This document shows, piece by piece, positions 40,202 through 50,074 of a stretch of 64,000 nucleotides of DNA (position 1 is its first letter; the number at the start of each line of letters is the position of its first letter). The stretch covers positions 98,383 to 162,382 of the forward strand of contig CAXXTH010000008.1 in the NCBI GenBank assembly GCA_963668025.2, given 5' to 3'. The DNA is from Candidatus Hydrogenedentota bacterium (lineage in GTDB: Bacteria; Hydrogenedentota; Hydrogenedentia; Hydrogenedentales; SLHB01). The notes under the pieces were generated by a model that searched no databases, was not told the DNA's origin, and worked only from the letters and a program-made list of their open reading frames with translations. A program made the position numbers and the translations under genes.

Positions 40202-40254
40202 TGAATAAACATTCATGTCTGCCGCATCATGTCACATTCCATCTTTCTTGTCAA
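40202..40254 (-). promoter_or_regulatory. Predicted recA promoter with downstream palindrome (candidate SOS box)
   Basis: TTGACA-17 bp-CATGAT (40254-40226); TGAAT-N4-ATTCA at 40202-40215. Confidence 0.55.
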
Positions 40255-40366
40255 GCTCTTTCGTATTTTCCTATGCCTGGCGCCAAGGCCGTGAGTATTC
40301 GGAGCCAGACGCATATACCGGATTAGCTCCTCCTGCTGGGAATGGTGAGTTTCGCGGGAAAATGAA

Positions 40367-40442
40367 TGGAGCGGGATACGGGGTTCGAACCCGCGACATC
40401 CAGCTTGGGAAGCTGGCACTCTACCAACTGAGTTAATCCCGC
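40367..40442 (-). tRNA. tRNA-Gly(CCC)
   Basis: GCGGGATTAACTCAGTTGGTAGAGTGCCAGCTTCCCAAGCTGGATGTCGCGGGTTCGAACCCCGTATCCCGCTCCA: 76 nt, cloverleaf, encoded CCA. Confidence 0.97.
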
Positions 40443-40461
40443 TCATGTTGACAACGCGCTA

Positions 40462-40490
40462 AGTCTAGCATCTGTGGTTTCGAATGTCAA
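40462..40490 (-). promoter_or_regulatory. Predicted tRNA promoter
   Basis: TTGACA-17 bp-TAGACT. Confidence 0.7.
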
Positions 40491-40944
40491 TAGCGGCCAT
40501 GGTGGGGGAGAAAGAAGAATTTCTGTAAATCACTGCAATATTCTATTTTAAATCAAACAGCTAGGTTAAATATGTTTTACGTGCTTAAAATTGCATATAT
40601 GGTCATTTCATATTTCAATATAGGTTTTTAATTTTGTGTATAAATAGAAAATTTCTAAAAAGATTTCGTTTTGAAATAAAGAATTCATAATGGAGCAAAT
40701 TCATATGCGGTGGTTGGGCTTCTGTAAACCACTGAAAATGCATGAATATTGCCGAAGTTTAGTCTCGTTTTTATGTGTGTAAAGTATTTATTTTTAATTA
40801 GATGCAGCAATATGTAAATAAAAAATATTAGGTCAATATATGACATCACTGGATGAGGATGCAAATAGATAGAAACCGATAGGCAGGCTAAATGCCAGAC
40901 TTTTGGATGAGGGGATGATATATAAGACATAATATATATTATCG

Positions 40945-41066
40945 GACGTTAAATGCTGCCCTTGAATTCGCCCTCTGTTACATCAAGTTCCCTGCTCTCT
41001 AGGGCTGCATGTTGTGTTTGGCTAACGTGTATTTTTCACGATTGGCTGGACAGGCTACCGGCGGGT
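40945..41066 (-). ncRNA. Possible 6S RNA (ssrS)-like sequence
   Basis: Directly downstream of zapA, a common 6S location, with 6S-like words (TTAGCCAAAC, CAGGGAACTTGA, TTCAAG). I could not find the closing stem. Confidence 0.3.
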
Positions 41067-41068
41067 AT

Positions 41069-41359
41069 TTAGAGGGATTCAATAATCTGTTGTAATGAGT
41101 CAGAAATTCGACTAAGCGCCTTGACCAGCTCTTTAGTTTCCTGGCTAGTTTGCCGCTTTAGTCCCTCCCACTCGCAGGCAAAATGCATGGCTGCAAGGAG
41201 GGCAAATCGGTGGGAGTCGATGCGGGTGCTTTGATTTTCGATTACTTGTAATCGCTCATTGAGCATGTCTGCGATCTGCAGCGTGGTTTCTTGGTCAATG
41301 AAAACGGGAACGGAAATGTTCTGATTGCCGATTCGGACCGATATCGTTTCGGCGCTCAT
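41069..41359 (-). CDS. zapA: Cell division protein ZapA
   Basis: ISVRIGNQ...IADMLNERL...FALLAAMHFA plus a coiled coil; pheT-zapB-zapA synteny. Confidence 0.8.
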   Translation of the reverse strand: MSAETISVRIGNQNISVPVFIDQETTLQIADMLNERLQVIENQSTRIDSHRFALLAAMHFACEWEGLKRQTSQETKELVKALSRISDSLQQIIESL

Positions 41360-41652
41360 TCATGGAACTCCATGCCCAGAGCCTTTGTATGCGCCAATAT
41401 TTTTAAGAGGCGCGCACGCAATTCGGCATGTAACGACTGAAGCTTTTGATTCTCCGCCAAAAGGCCGTCATATTCTTGGGAAGCATGCTGATGGGTGGAT
41501 GTTTCTTTCTTTAAGCGCCAATTCTCCTGTAGCAATTGTTCCCGTTCAGCGTTTCGCCGGTGTCCCTCTTCCTTGATTTCATACAAGGCCGCCTGCAAAT
41601 CACGCAGGCCTTGCTCGATAAGGCTCACCTGTGTGGCTACCAAAGGTTTCAA
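41356..41652 (-). CDS. ZapB-like coiled-coil protein
   Basis: All-coiled-coil ORF between pheT and zapA with start/stop overlaps. Confidence 0.65.
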   Translation of the reverse strand: MKPLVATQVSLIEQGLRDLQAALYEIKEEGHRRNAEREQLLQENWRLKKETSTHQHASQEYDGLLAENQKLQSLHAELRARLLKILAHTKALGMEFHE

Positions 41653-44054
41653 CGCAGTTCCGCACCAAATCGTTTACGAAGCTCTTCCAAGATGCTGTCA
41701 CAAGCCTTTTGAGTGACCTTTTCCGTTAATGTATGGTCTTTTGATAGAAATACTAAGCTTAATGCTACGCTTTTTTTGTTTTCCGCGACTTGTTTGCCCG
41801 TATATACATCGAATAAATCCGCCTCGAGCAGGTATTTACCCCCGGCTTCCAACGCTGCCTGGCGGATGTCACCTGCCGAAACTGCACGATCAACCACCAC
41901 CGCCAAATCACGTAATGATGGCGGGAAAGTGGGAATAGTTTGAAATTGTGAAATAGTGGTTTTGATCTCCATGAACGGTTCAAGCTCCAGTTCAAGGGCG
42001 AAAACCGGTTTCTCGATATCATTATACTTCAAAACGGGTGCGCTGATCGGGCCCATTACGCCAATGGCCTTTTCCTCTGCGCCACGAGAGATACATGCCG
42101 AGCAATCAAAAGTACTTAAATCACTCGTTTTTAGAGAGAAAGCTTCGACGTCTGCGCCAAAATACTGTAAAATATCTTCATATATACCTTTCAGATCATA
42201 GAAATCGTAGGATTCCTTTGGCCGACTCCAGTGCTTATGAGCGGGGCCTCCAGTCAGAACCACACCGATATGGATGGATTGCCGTGGGAGTTCGCCTTCC
42301 GTATTCACGGAATAAACCGGTCCAATCTCAAAAAGGCTCAGATCGGATGCGCCAAAACGGATGTTATCGGCGATGTTATGAAGCAATCCAGGCAGGAGCG
42401 CGGTGCGCATGCCCGCATAGTTCTCCGTCAGCGGATTCTGAAGCATGACCATCTTAGGTATGTCGTTTTCCATACCCGACTTAGAAAGATCCTTCGGCGA
42501 AGAGAAGGTCATGTTGAGCACTTCGATAAGTCCTCGATTAACCAAATAACGGCGTAAGCCTCGTTGGGCCGTCTCCGCGGGAGAATATTCCCTATCGGAT
42601 GGGTGAACACGGGGCAGCGTCGCGGGAATTTTCTCATATCCATGAAGGCGGGCCACCTCTTCTATAAGGTCGGCTTCGCGTTTGCAGTCATGACGCCAGG
42701 TGGGCACGCGGAACACGCACGAGTCCGCTGTTTCCTCCATGGGTTCAAAACCCAGGCGGCTCAAGTGCTCTTTTTGTTCAGTAGCAGCAATAGATGCGCC
42801 TAGCACTTGGTTTGCCCGGGCATACCGGAAAGAAATGGAGGTGCGCGATAATGGGCTGGGGTGGGCGTCAATGACACCCTGGGCGATATCAGCGCCCGCC
42901 AATTGTTGCATCAATTGCGCCGCCCGATCGATGGCGTAACGCGCCATTTCCGGGTCCGCGCCGCGCTGGAAACGTTGTGAAGCTTCTGTCGCCATGCCAA
43001 AAACGCGGGCTGTTTTGCGGATGGACACCGGATTGAAAAATGCGCTTTCCAAGAAAACCCGGGTGGTGCTCTCCCCTACTTCACTGTCGTGTCCGCCCAT
43101 GATTCCAGCCAGCGCCACCGGATTTTTTGCGTCGGCGATCACGAGCATATCAGGCGTAAGCATGCGCTCCGCTTCGTCAATCGTCACTAGATGCTCGCCT
43201 TCGTTGGCGTTGCGAACGACGATGCGGTGCTCGTTGAGCTTATCATAATCAAAGGCATGCAAGGGGTGTCCCGTCTCCAACAGGACATAATTGGTGATGT
43301 CCACTATATTGTTAATAGGCCGTTGTCCGGCGGAAATGAGGCGCTGAACAAGCCATTGTGGAGAAGGCGCAATGTTAATGTTGGTTAACACGCGCCCGAT
43401 GTAACGCGAGCATAATTCGGCTGATTCGATATCCACGGAAGAAAGAGATTCGACGGAAATTTCAGATTCTTTTAGGTCTATCTGGGGCACACGAAATGGA
43501 ATTTGAAACCGCGCCGCCAATTCCCTCGCCACGCCGATCATGCTCGACCAGTCGTTTCGGTTAGGGGTCACTTCGATCTCATAAATCACATCGTCAAGGC
43601 CCAGCAACACACGGACATTTTGGCCTATTGGAGCGCTTGGTTCAAGGATGAACAAGCCCGCATGGTCGTCGCCCATGCCCAATTCCCGCTTCGAGCACAT
43701 CATGCCGAAGGATTCAAAGCCGCGCATTTTGCGCTTCGTTATTTCGAATCCGCCAGGTAATCGCGCGCCTATTTTGGCCGTGGGAACCTTGTCGCCGGGC
43801 TTCATATTCTTAGCGCCGCAGATGATTTGAAGAGGCTCACTCTCCCCCACATCCGTCTTGCATACGGTCAAATGATCGGCGTCCGGGTGGGGTTCCATGG
43901 ACAGAATATGCCCGACCACCACGCCTTCCACTTCCGCGCCCGGCCGTTCCATCGCCTCGATTTCGAGGCCCAGCATGGTGAGCTTTTCTCCCAGCTCTTC
44001 AGGAGCCATGTCAATGGCAATGAATTCTTTTAACCAATTTAGTGATATTTTCAT
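41649..44054 (-). CDS. pheT: Phenylalanine-tRNA ligase beta subunit
   Basis: MKISLNWLKEF, HPDADHL, EVTPNR, RFQRG and FDVYTG...KKSVA motifs. Confidence 0.98.
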   Translation of the reverse strand: MKISLNWLKEFIAIDMAPEELGEKLTMLGLEIEAMERPGAEVEGVVVGHILSMEPHPDADHLTVCKTDVGESEPLQIICGAKNMKPGDKVPTAKIGARLPGGFEITKRKMRGFESFGMMCSKRELGMGDDHAGLFILEPSAPIGQNVRVLLGLDDVIYEIEVTPNRNDWSSMIGVARELAARFQIPFRVPQIDLKESEISVESLSSVDIESAELCSRYIGRVLTNINIAPSPQWLVQRLISAGQRPINNIVDITNYVLLETGHPLHAFDYDKLNEHRIVVRNANEGEHLVTIDEAERMLTPDMLVIADAKNPVALAGIMGGHDSEVGESTTRVFLESAFFNPVSIRKTARVFGMATEASQRFQRGADPEMARYAIDRAAQLMQQLAGADIAQGVIDAHPSPLSRTSISFRYARANQVLGASIAATEQKEHLSRLGFEPMEETADSCVFRVPTWRHDCKREADLIEEVARLHGYEKIPATLPRVHPSDREYSPAETAQRGLRRYLVNRGLIEVLNMTFSSPKDLSKSGMENDIPKMVMLQNPLTENYAGMRTALLPGLLHNIADNIRFGASDLSLFEIGPVYSVNTEGELPRQSIHIGVVLTGGPAHKHWSRPKESYDFYDLKGIYEDILQYFGADVEAFSLKTSDLSTFDCSACISRGAEEKAIGVMGPISAPVLKYNDIEKPVFALELELEPFMEIKTTISQFQTIPTFPPSLRDLAVVVDRAVSAGDIRQAALEAGGKYLLEADLFDVYTGKQVAENKKSVALSLVFLSKDHTLTEKVTQKACDSILEELRKRFGAELR

Positions 44055-44056
44055 GG

Positions 44057-45043
44057 CTAGAATTGCTCCAGGAACCGCAGGTCATTATCGTATAAATGGT
44101 GAATACTGTCAATGGAATGGCGCACCATGGCGATGCGGTCGAGGCCCATGCCGAAGGCGTAGCCGGTATATTTTTCCGAATCATATCCCGCATATCGGAA
44201 GACTTCCGGATGCACCATGCCGCAGCCGAGGATCTCGAGCCAGCGGCTTCGAGAGCCTGCCGACCAGTAGATGTCCACTTCCGCCGAAGGTTCCGTAAAG
44301 GGGAAAAAGTGAGGGCGGAACCGCACCCGCACATCCGGTCCAAACAGCTTGCGAATAAACATCATGAGCGTGCCTTTAAGGTCCGCAAAGGTCACGTCGG
44401 TGTCCACCAGAAGCCCCTCGAGCTGCCAAAACATGGGGCTATGCGTGGCGTCGGCGTCCACACGGTACACCCGGCCGGGCGCGACAATAGCCACGGGGGG
44501 CTGGTTGGCCTCCATGACGCGCATCTGGACGGGGGATGTCTGCGTACGCAGCACCACGCCAGGTTTCACAAAGAACGTGTCGTGCAGGTCGCGGGCGGGA
44601 TGATCCGCAGGCGTGTTCAGACTGTCGAAATTGTAATATTCCGTCTCGATATCCGGCCCGGCTGCTACCTGGAAGCCTAATTCGGAGAATATATCCAGCA
44701 GGTCTTCAAGGAGCTTGGAGATAGGATGCATATAGCCTTGCGGAATACGCCGGCCAGGCAAGGTAAAATCAAGGCTGGTGTCGGCCTTCCCCATGTTTTG
44801 ACCTTCAAGCGCCTCCTTGCAGGCGTCCAGGGCTTCCATGATAGCCTGTTTCACCGTATTGGCCGCTTGGCCGATAATCGGCCGCTCTTCAGGCGATATT
44901 TGGCTGACGCCGCGTAGGATTTCGGTCAGTATCCCTTTTCGTCCGAGCGCCTTAACGCGGATCTCCTCGAGTGTGGGCAGCGAAGCGCATTGCTTGATTT
45001 CCGCCAGCACTTGGGCCCGGATGGCTTCCAGTTTTTCTCTCAT
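44057..45043 (-). CDS. pheS: Phenylalanine-tRNA ligase alpha subunit
   Basis: HPARDLHDTF, LRTQTSPVQ, FPFTEPSAE and GCGMVHP motifs. Confidence 0.98.
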   Translation of the reverse strand: MREKLEAIRAQVLAEIKQCASLPTLEEIRVKALGRKGILTEILRGVSQISPEERPIIGQAANTVKQAIMEALDACKEALEGQNMGKADTSLDFTLPGRRIPQGYMHPISKLLEDLLDIFSELGFQVAAGPDIETEYYNFDSLNTPADHPARDLHDTFFVKPGVVLRTQTSPVQMRVMEANQPPVAIVAPGRVYRVDADATHSPMFWQLEGLLVDTDVTFADLKGTLMMFIRKLFGPDVRVRFRPHFFPFTEPSAEVDIYWSAGSRSRWLEILGCGMVHPEVFRYAGYDSEKYTGYAFGMGLDRIAMVRHSIDSIHHLYDNDLRFLEQF

Positions 45044-45084
45044 GTATATACCTCGTCGTGTGTATTCCTGTGCGGGACCGCGCA

Positions 45085-45762
45085 TTACACTTCTTGAAAT
45101 AACGCAGTTCCTATGCGTACTTGGGTCGTGCCTTCTTGAATGGCGGCCTCAAAATCATTTGTCATCCCCATGGACAGCTCAGTAAGTTGATGGCGAACGG
45201 CGAGTTCGCGTAATGCGGCGAATAAGGGGCGCGTCTTGTCTGGATCGCTTACGAAGGGCGCCATGGTCATCAAGCCGCATATTTGAATGCGGCTAAATGT
45301 GTTGATGCGCTCAATGGCGGCGGGCGTCTCATCTGGACAGAATCCATGCTTGGTGTCCTCGCCGGATACATTCACTTCCAGCAATACCGGCAATGCCGCC
45401 CGATTGAGCGCCTCGCATTTCTGTTCCAGTGTTTCGGCAAGCGCTATCCGGTCCACGGAATCCACCATATCGAACAAGCGTACAATGTCATCCGTCTTAC
45501 GGCGTTGAACCGTGCCGATCATGTGCCATGAGATGTCTTCATGCATGTGTTCGATCTTGTTTTGAGCGGCCTCGACCCGATTTTCACCAAAGTGGCGGAT
45601 GCCCAATTGATGCAATACGCGCACTTCTTCAATGGAAACGGTCTTTGTGACAGCGATGAGCTTTACCGCATCTGGAGGACGGGACGCCCGTACAGCAGCT
45701 TCAGCAATACGATCGAGAATCCGCCTTAGGTTCTCTTTAATTCGTTGTGGAGGAATATGCAT
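45085..45762 (-). CDS. yggS: YggS/PLPBP pyridoxal phosphate homeostasis protein
   Basis: LIAVTK, FGENRV, WHMIG, GLMTMAP, LSMGMTND and VRIGTALF motifs. Confidence 0.95.
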   Translation of the reverse strand: MHIPPQRIKENLRRILDRIAEAAVRASRPPDAVKLIAVTKTVSIEEVRVLHQLGIRHFGENRVEAAQNKIEHMHEDISWHMIGTVQRRKTDDIVRLFDMVDSVDRIALAETLEQKCEALNRAALPVLLEVNVSGEDTKHGFCPDETPAAIERINTFSRIQICGLMTMAPFVSDPDKTRPLFAALRELAVRHQLTELSMGMTNDFEAAIQEGTTQVRIGTALFQEV

Positions 45763-45830
45763 CAATCCTGAAGGCGCTGCTTCTCCATTCCTCTTGTGCT
45801 GCAAGGCCATGAAAAGCGGTGACGCTTCCC

Positions 45831-47666
45831 CTAAGACTTGGCGGACTCGCGGTATTCATACCACGTGTCATCCACTTTAAACAGGACGCGATCCCCCAGA
45901 TCCAGCGTGTCCTTCAAATCGGGATACGCTTGATTCAATCGCGCCATTGCAAGAATATCATCTAGCCCAGGTAATGATTGTTTCAAGGTAGAGAGCTGCG
46001 GCGATACATCCGATATCATCGTGGGTGCTTGTCCGGAATATTCCATTTGATACCAGCCATCATCGCGGAATTGGAATAGGCGTTCTCCAACTTTTCGATC
46101 CGCGACAGCTTCGATCAAATGGCGGCGCGCTACAGCCATCTTTTCAGAGGCGTTTAGCGGGCTTCCTTCCATTTGGCGGATGTCAATCATTAGATCCGAA
46201 AATTCGGTGAATACTTCATCACTCTCGAACCGGGCATAATCGAGCAAGGCGAGTGCTTCGGTATATCGTTTCTGTGCAACGAGTTGCATGGACTCGATAT
46301 GGAGCAGTTTGGCCCGCGCCAGCGGATCATCATACTGATCGCGGATCTCTTCCCACAGCGTTTTTGCTTCCGTGCGGTATGTATCGGCTTGCGTCCGAAG
46401 CGCATCCGCTTGCGCATTCAATTCCGCGTATGCGGCTTGAGCTTGTTGTGCGGCGGCTTGATCGCCAGCGGCCATGGCGTCCGTAGCTTTTTGCTGTGCC
46501 TGGCTGGCCGCCTTTTCCGCATCACCCACCGCTTTCATCGTTTTCTTGGTGCGATCTTCGGCAAAATATGCTTTGGTGTATGCAATCAATCGAGGCCCTT
46601 GCTCGAAGGTGGGATTCTTTTTCATATAATCGTCATAGCCTGCCAGCGCATCTTCATATTGGCCATTGAGACGCATCGCTCGGTATAGCATGCGCTCGAC
46701 CCAGCTATCATGCGGATAGCGGAAAGCTTCTGAGAGATATTTGACGGAATTGGCGTAGTCTTCTAATTTCTGTCCATATATGGCAAAGCCTAAATCAAAG
46801 TACAATTTGTAGTTAGATGGATTCTTCTGGATGCCGTCCAGGAGGAAATTCACGCCCATATAATAGAGCCTTTCCTTCTCCCCCACGCGCTTTCCATATT
46901 CCGCATCGTACTTGCGTAATTCGACAGGCGTGTCCGGCAGTTCCGCGGTAAAGTTATAGGACATGTGCCACGCGCCAACCAGGTATGCGTCCACAAAGTT
47001 GGGATCCAAGGAGACCGTGGTTTTCATGACGGGTATCATGCGGTAATACTCGCCTTTATGCCACATCTTATCTGCTTGAAGCCATAATAGGTTCGCTGCC
47101 ATTTTGCGGAACCCAAAAAAGATATTGCTTAGGCTGACCAGTGTATCTTCGTTGCTGTATATCTGGCTGATGTCAAATTGCGAGCCTATGCTTATAAGCT
47201 GCTTATTGCGAAGATAGGTTTCAAAATCGTGGCGCTGTTGCTTGAGCGCCGGGCTTTTGAGCACTTCCCAAAGCGCTTCGAGGCGGTTCTGCTCCTCTTC
47301 AGGATCGGGTGCATCGAGTTCGCTGCCTTCTTCCGAGGTTTGCTTCGCTTCCGGTGCAATGGCGTATTGGACCAATTTCGGAAGCTTCCCATCAGCAGAA
47401 CCGGTGTCCGGCAGATCCGGCAAGGATTGCTCAATGGCCGCTTCGATGCTCTCGAACAACTCTTGATCCTTGGAAACGACGCCATCGGGCAGCTCCACCT
47501 GGGGCTTCAGGCTCCCCTGGAGACGGTATTGATTGGCGGCGCTCAAGATCCAATTGAAAAAGCGATCCGAATCACGCAAATGGTTCACCTGGTTTCCTTG
47601 CAGGACACCCAATGCGATGACGGCCGCTAAGAGCAGGCCTAATATGAAGTTAGCGCGCTGTTTCAT
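45831..47666 (-). CDS. Membrane-anchored TPR-like protein associated with the ABC transporter
   Basis: N-terminal TM; helical repeats (SLDPNFVDAY, KNPSNYKLYFDLG). Confidence 0.75.
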   Translation of the reverse strand: MKQRANFILGLLLAAVIALGVLQGNQVNHLRDSDRFFNWILSAANQYRLQGSLKPQVELPDGVVSKDQELFESIEAAIEQSLPDLPDTGSADGKLPKLVQYAIAPEAKQTSEEGSELDAPDPEEEQNRLEALWEVLKSPALKQQRHDFETYLRNKQLISIGSQFDISQIYSNEDTLVSLSNIFFGFRKMAANLLWLQADKMWHKGEYYRMIPVMKTTVSLDPNFVDAYLVGAWHMSYNFTAELPDTPVELRKYDAEYGKRVGEKERLYYMGVNFLLDGIQKNPSNYKLYFDLGFAIYGQKLEDYANSVKYLSEAFRYPHDSWVERMLYRAMRLNGQYEDALAGYDDYMKKNPTFEQGPRLIAYTKAYFAEDRTKKTMKAVGDAEKAASQAQQKATDAMAAGDQAAAQQAQAAYAELNAQADALRTQADTYRTEAKTLWEEIRDQYDDPLARAKLLHIESMQLVAQKRYTEALALLDYARFESDEVFTEFSDLMIDIRQMEGSPLNASEKMAVARRHLIEAVADRKVGERLFQFRDDGWYQMEYSGQAPTMISDVSPQLSTLKQSLPGLDDILAMARLNQAYPDLKDTLDLGDRVLFKVDDTWYEYRESAKS

Positions 47667-47674
47667 ACGCGGGA

Positions 47675-48520
47675 TCAAAGCTCCTTCCGGCGGAAAATCC
47701 AATAGGCGATGATGTATCCCGCCGAGGCATAAATAAGGCTATACAAAACCAAGCTGATGAGCTGCTGGCTCAGTACGGACTCGATAGGCTGGGAGTAGAT
47801 TACTTGGTTGCTGAGGCTAAACGCGCTCAGGTTGGGGAGGAAATGGTACAGGCCAAATGCGATTTTTCCCGTGATTTCATCCAGCCATTGTCCTGTTTGG
47901 CCTGCCCGCTCATACACATCCTTCAAATACTCGGTCAATAGACCCGTGATGTAAATGAAGAGCCCCGCGATAGTCGGCAGCACGGAAGAAGAGGATGTGC
48001 AAGATATGGCGAATGTGAACGCGGACACAATCAAAAACATACAATACGTGAGCAGCAATGAGGGAAGCAAGATAAAGGGATAGGTGCCTTCTTTGAAGAA
48101 TATGGCGAAGAAGAACAACACGCCCATTAACACCAAGTTTATCAACACGATAAGCTGAATGCCTATAAACTTGCCCGCCAGGTATTGGAAGCGGCGCAAC
48201 GGTTTGGACAAAATGGTGTACACCACCTTGTTGTCCACTTCCGTAGGCACAACGGATGCTGATATGAAGATCGTAATCAAAATGCCGAAAATAGAAATGG
48301 CCGTGATGCAGATATCCTTGATGATTTTAACATCCACATCCGTGGGCGAATTGTCTTGCGAGACGCTTTCCTGCAAAAACGCGGTAATGAAGTTGGAGCC
48401 GAAGATCACCAGCAAACTGAGGATCAGGAATCCAATGAGGGTCTTTTTGCGCATGCCTTCGCGCAACGTATACATGGCGATGGCCCATGGGCCTCGGACA
48501 AGTGCAAGCACCTTGGTCAT
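47675..48520 (-). CDS. ABC-2-type transporter permease
   Basis: AIAMYTLREG and TILSKPLRRFQYLAGKF motifs; about 6 TM helices. Confidence 0.9.
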   Translation of the reverse strand: MTKVLALVRGPWAIAMYTLREGMRKKTLIGFLILSLLVIFGSNFITAFLQESVSQDNSPTDVDVKIIKDICITAISIFGILITIFISASVVPTEVDNKVVYTILSKPLRRFQYLAGKFIGIQLIVLINLVLMGVLFFFAIFFKEGTYPFILLPSLLLTYCMFLIVSAFTFAISCTSSSSVLPTIAGLFIYITGLLTEYLKDVYERAGQTGQWLDEITGKIAFGLYHFLPNLSAFSLSNQVIYSQPIESVLSQQLISLVLYSLIYASAGYIIAYWIFRRKEL

Positions 48521-49467
48521 ACAGCAAGCGCCCTTTCCTTAACGGCGTCGCCCACGACGCGTACGAAGAGTTCTTCCAGAGTTTCCCTACGGGGCCGGAT
48601 ACCGACGAGTGTGACATGCTGCTCTTTGCAGATATCCAAGGCGTCGTAGAGAGATACATGGGTGGGGACGCGGAGAATCGAGATATTCTCGATGTTATCT
48701 TCGGTGGTTATACCCGCGTTTGTCAGTTTTTCCATGGCCGCAGCGTTGACATTTTGCACCTGAAGTGTCGTTTCCCGCTCGGTCAGAAGTTCATCAATCG
48801 CACCTTGCGCTTTAAGAGCGCCTTCGAACAAAATAGCCACGCGATTGCTGATGAGTTCCACCTCGAGGAGTTCATGGCTCGAAATCAGCAATGTTTTGCC
48901 TTCATCACGCAGCCGGACCAAGATATCGCGAATTTCTTTGCGCGCAATCGGGTCGAGTCCAGTGGTGGGCTCATCAAGAATAAGGAGTTTCGGATTGCTG
49001 ATGAGGGCCTGGGCCAAGCCGATGCGCTGGCGCATCCCTTTCGAATAGCCGCGAATGAGGCGGCGGCGGGCATGAGTCATGCCTACAATCTCGATGACTT
49101 CCGAGATGCGCTTCTCGAGGAACTTCCCTCCCATCCCATAAAGCTGGCCATAAAAGCGCAGCACTTCCTCCCCACGAAGGAATTCGGGGTAATAGGCGCC
49201 TTCCGGAAGATATCCGATGTTCTGTTTCACCTGGTTCGAGCCTGTATTCGCGCTCCCCAGGATCTTGAGGGTGCCCGATGTGGGAAAAATAAGCCCCAAC
49301 AGGAGCTTGATAGTGGTCGTCTTGCCGGAGCCGTTCGGACCCAGGTAGGCGAGTATCTCTCCCTCATTGACATTTAGGTTGAGGCTCTTGAGGGCCAGCA
49401 CATCCTGGCCTTTCAGCGCCCCCTCATACACTTTCGTGAGGTCGTGGGTTTCTATGACAACAGACAC
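48517..49467 (-). CDS. ABC transporter ATP-binding protein
   Basis: GPNGSGKTT, YSKGMRQR and LDEPTTGLDP motifs. GTG 49467 with GAGG RBS. Confidence 0.95.
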   Translation of the reverse strand: MSVVIETHDLTKVYEGALKGQDVLALKSLNLNVNEGEILAYLGPNGSGKTTTIKLLLGLIFPTSGTLKILGSANTGSNQVKQNIGYLPEGAYYPEFLRGEEVLRFYGQLYGMGGKFLEKRISEVIEIVGMTHARRRLIRGYSKGMRQRIGLAQALISNPKLLILDEPTTGLDPIARKEIRDILVRLRDEGKTLLISSHELLEVELISNRVAILFEGALKAQGAIDELLTERETTLQVQNVNAAAMEKLTNAGITTEDNIENISILRVPTHVSLYDALDICKEQHVTLVGIRPRRETLEELFVRVVGDAVKERALAV

Positions 49468-49568
49468 GTGTTCTACCGCCTCTTGTTTGTGCAAATGCAC
49501 TGCCCAGATGCTGAGCGCCCAGACCGGCATCGGGGCCGCCCGCGGAATTGGCCTGGCAATTTCACCAA

Positions 49569-49597
49569 ATGATAGCAGAGCGCCAAGAGCTAGTCAA
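49569..49597 (-). promoter_or_regulatory. Predicted sigma70 promoter of the ABC operon
   Basis: TTGACT-17 bp-TATCAT with a TG extension; -35 lies 16 bp from the IS left end. Confidence 0.65.
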
Positions 49598-49700
49598 TCC
49601 TTCGGAGATGCAAGGGTGTGCGCCATGATTGTGTTTCGTTGCGTCCAGATGTTTTTTGCGGTATAATTTTGTGTCTGTATAGACACAAATGGAGGCCGCC

Positions 49701-50051
49701 ATGAACATTGAGACGATTGAAGCGCAACGGGAATGTATTTTGGGGCAGATGCGCGCCATTCGAAGCGCCCACCCGGGCGGCGTGTCGGAGCAAATGGTCA
49801 AGGGCACACGCAAGGACATGCCGGAGGCCGTGGAACGGGGACCTTATTACTCCCTGCAGTGGTACGAGCAGGGAAAGCCCCGGCGGCAGCGGCTGCGAAG
49901 TCCCGAGGACGTGCGGCGCGCCCGTGAACAGACGGACAACAGCAAGCGTATTCACGAACTCGCCGAACGCTTTTGCGAGCTGACACAACAGCTCGGAGAG
50001 CTTGAGCGCGACAAGGAGGCCGCCCACGAGCGGCAAAAAAAAGGGCTCTAG
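49701..50051 (+). CDS. IS accessory ORF (DUF6788-like)
   Basis: GGAGG RBS; G.V.EQ...GPYYSLQW...GK motif; present in both IS copies. Confidence 0.75.
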   Translation: MNIETIEAQRECILGQMRAIRSAHPGGVSEQMVKGTRKDMPEAVERGPYYSLQWYEQGKPRRQRLRSPEDVRRAREQTDNSKRIHELAERFCELTQQLGELERDKEAAHERQKKGL

Positions 50052-50074
50052 TCGAACTGGAAAGGTCCGCGGAA

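Noticed and set aside
40367-40442. tRNA-Gly as an integration site of a genomic island
   Set aside because: No integrase and no duplicated tRNA 3' end seen; the tRNA is followed directly by recA.
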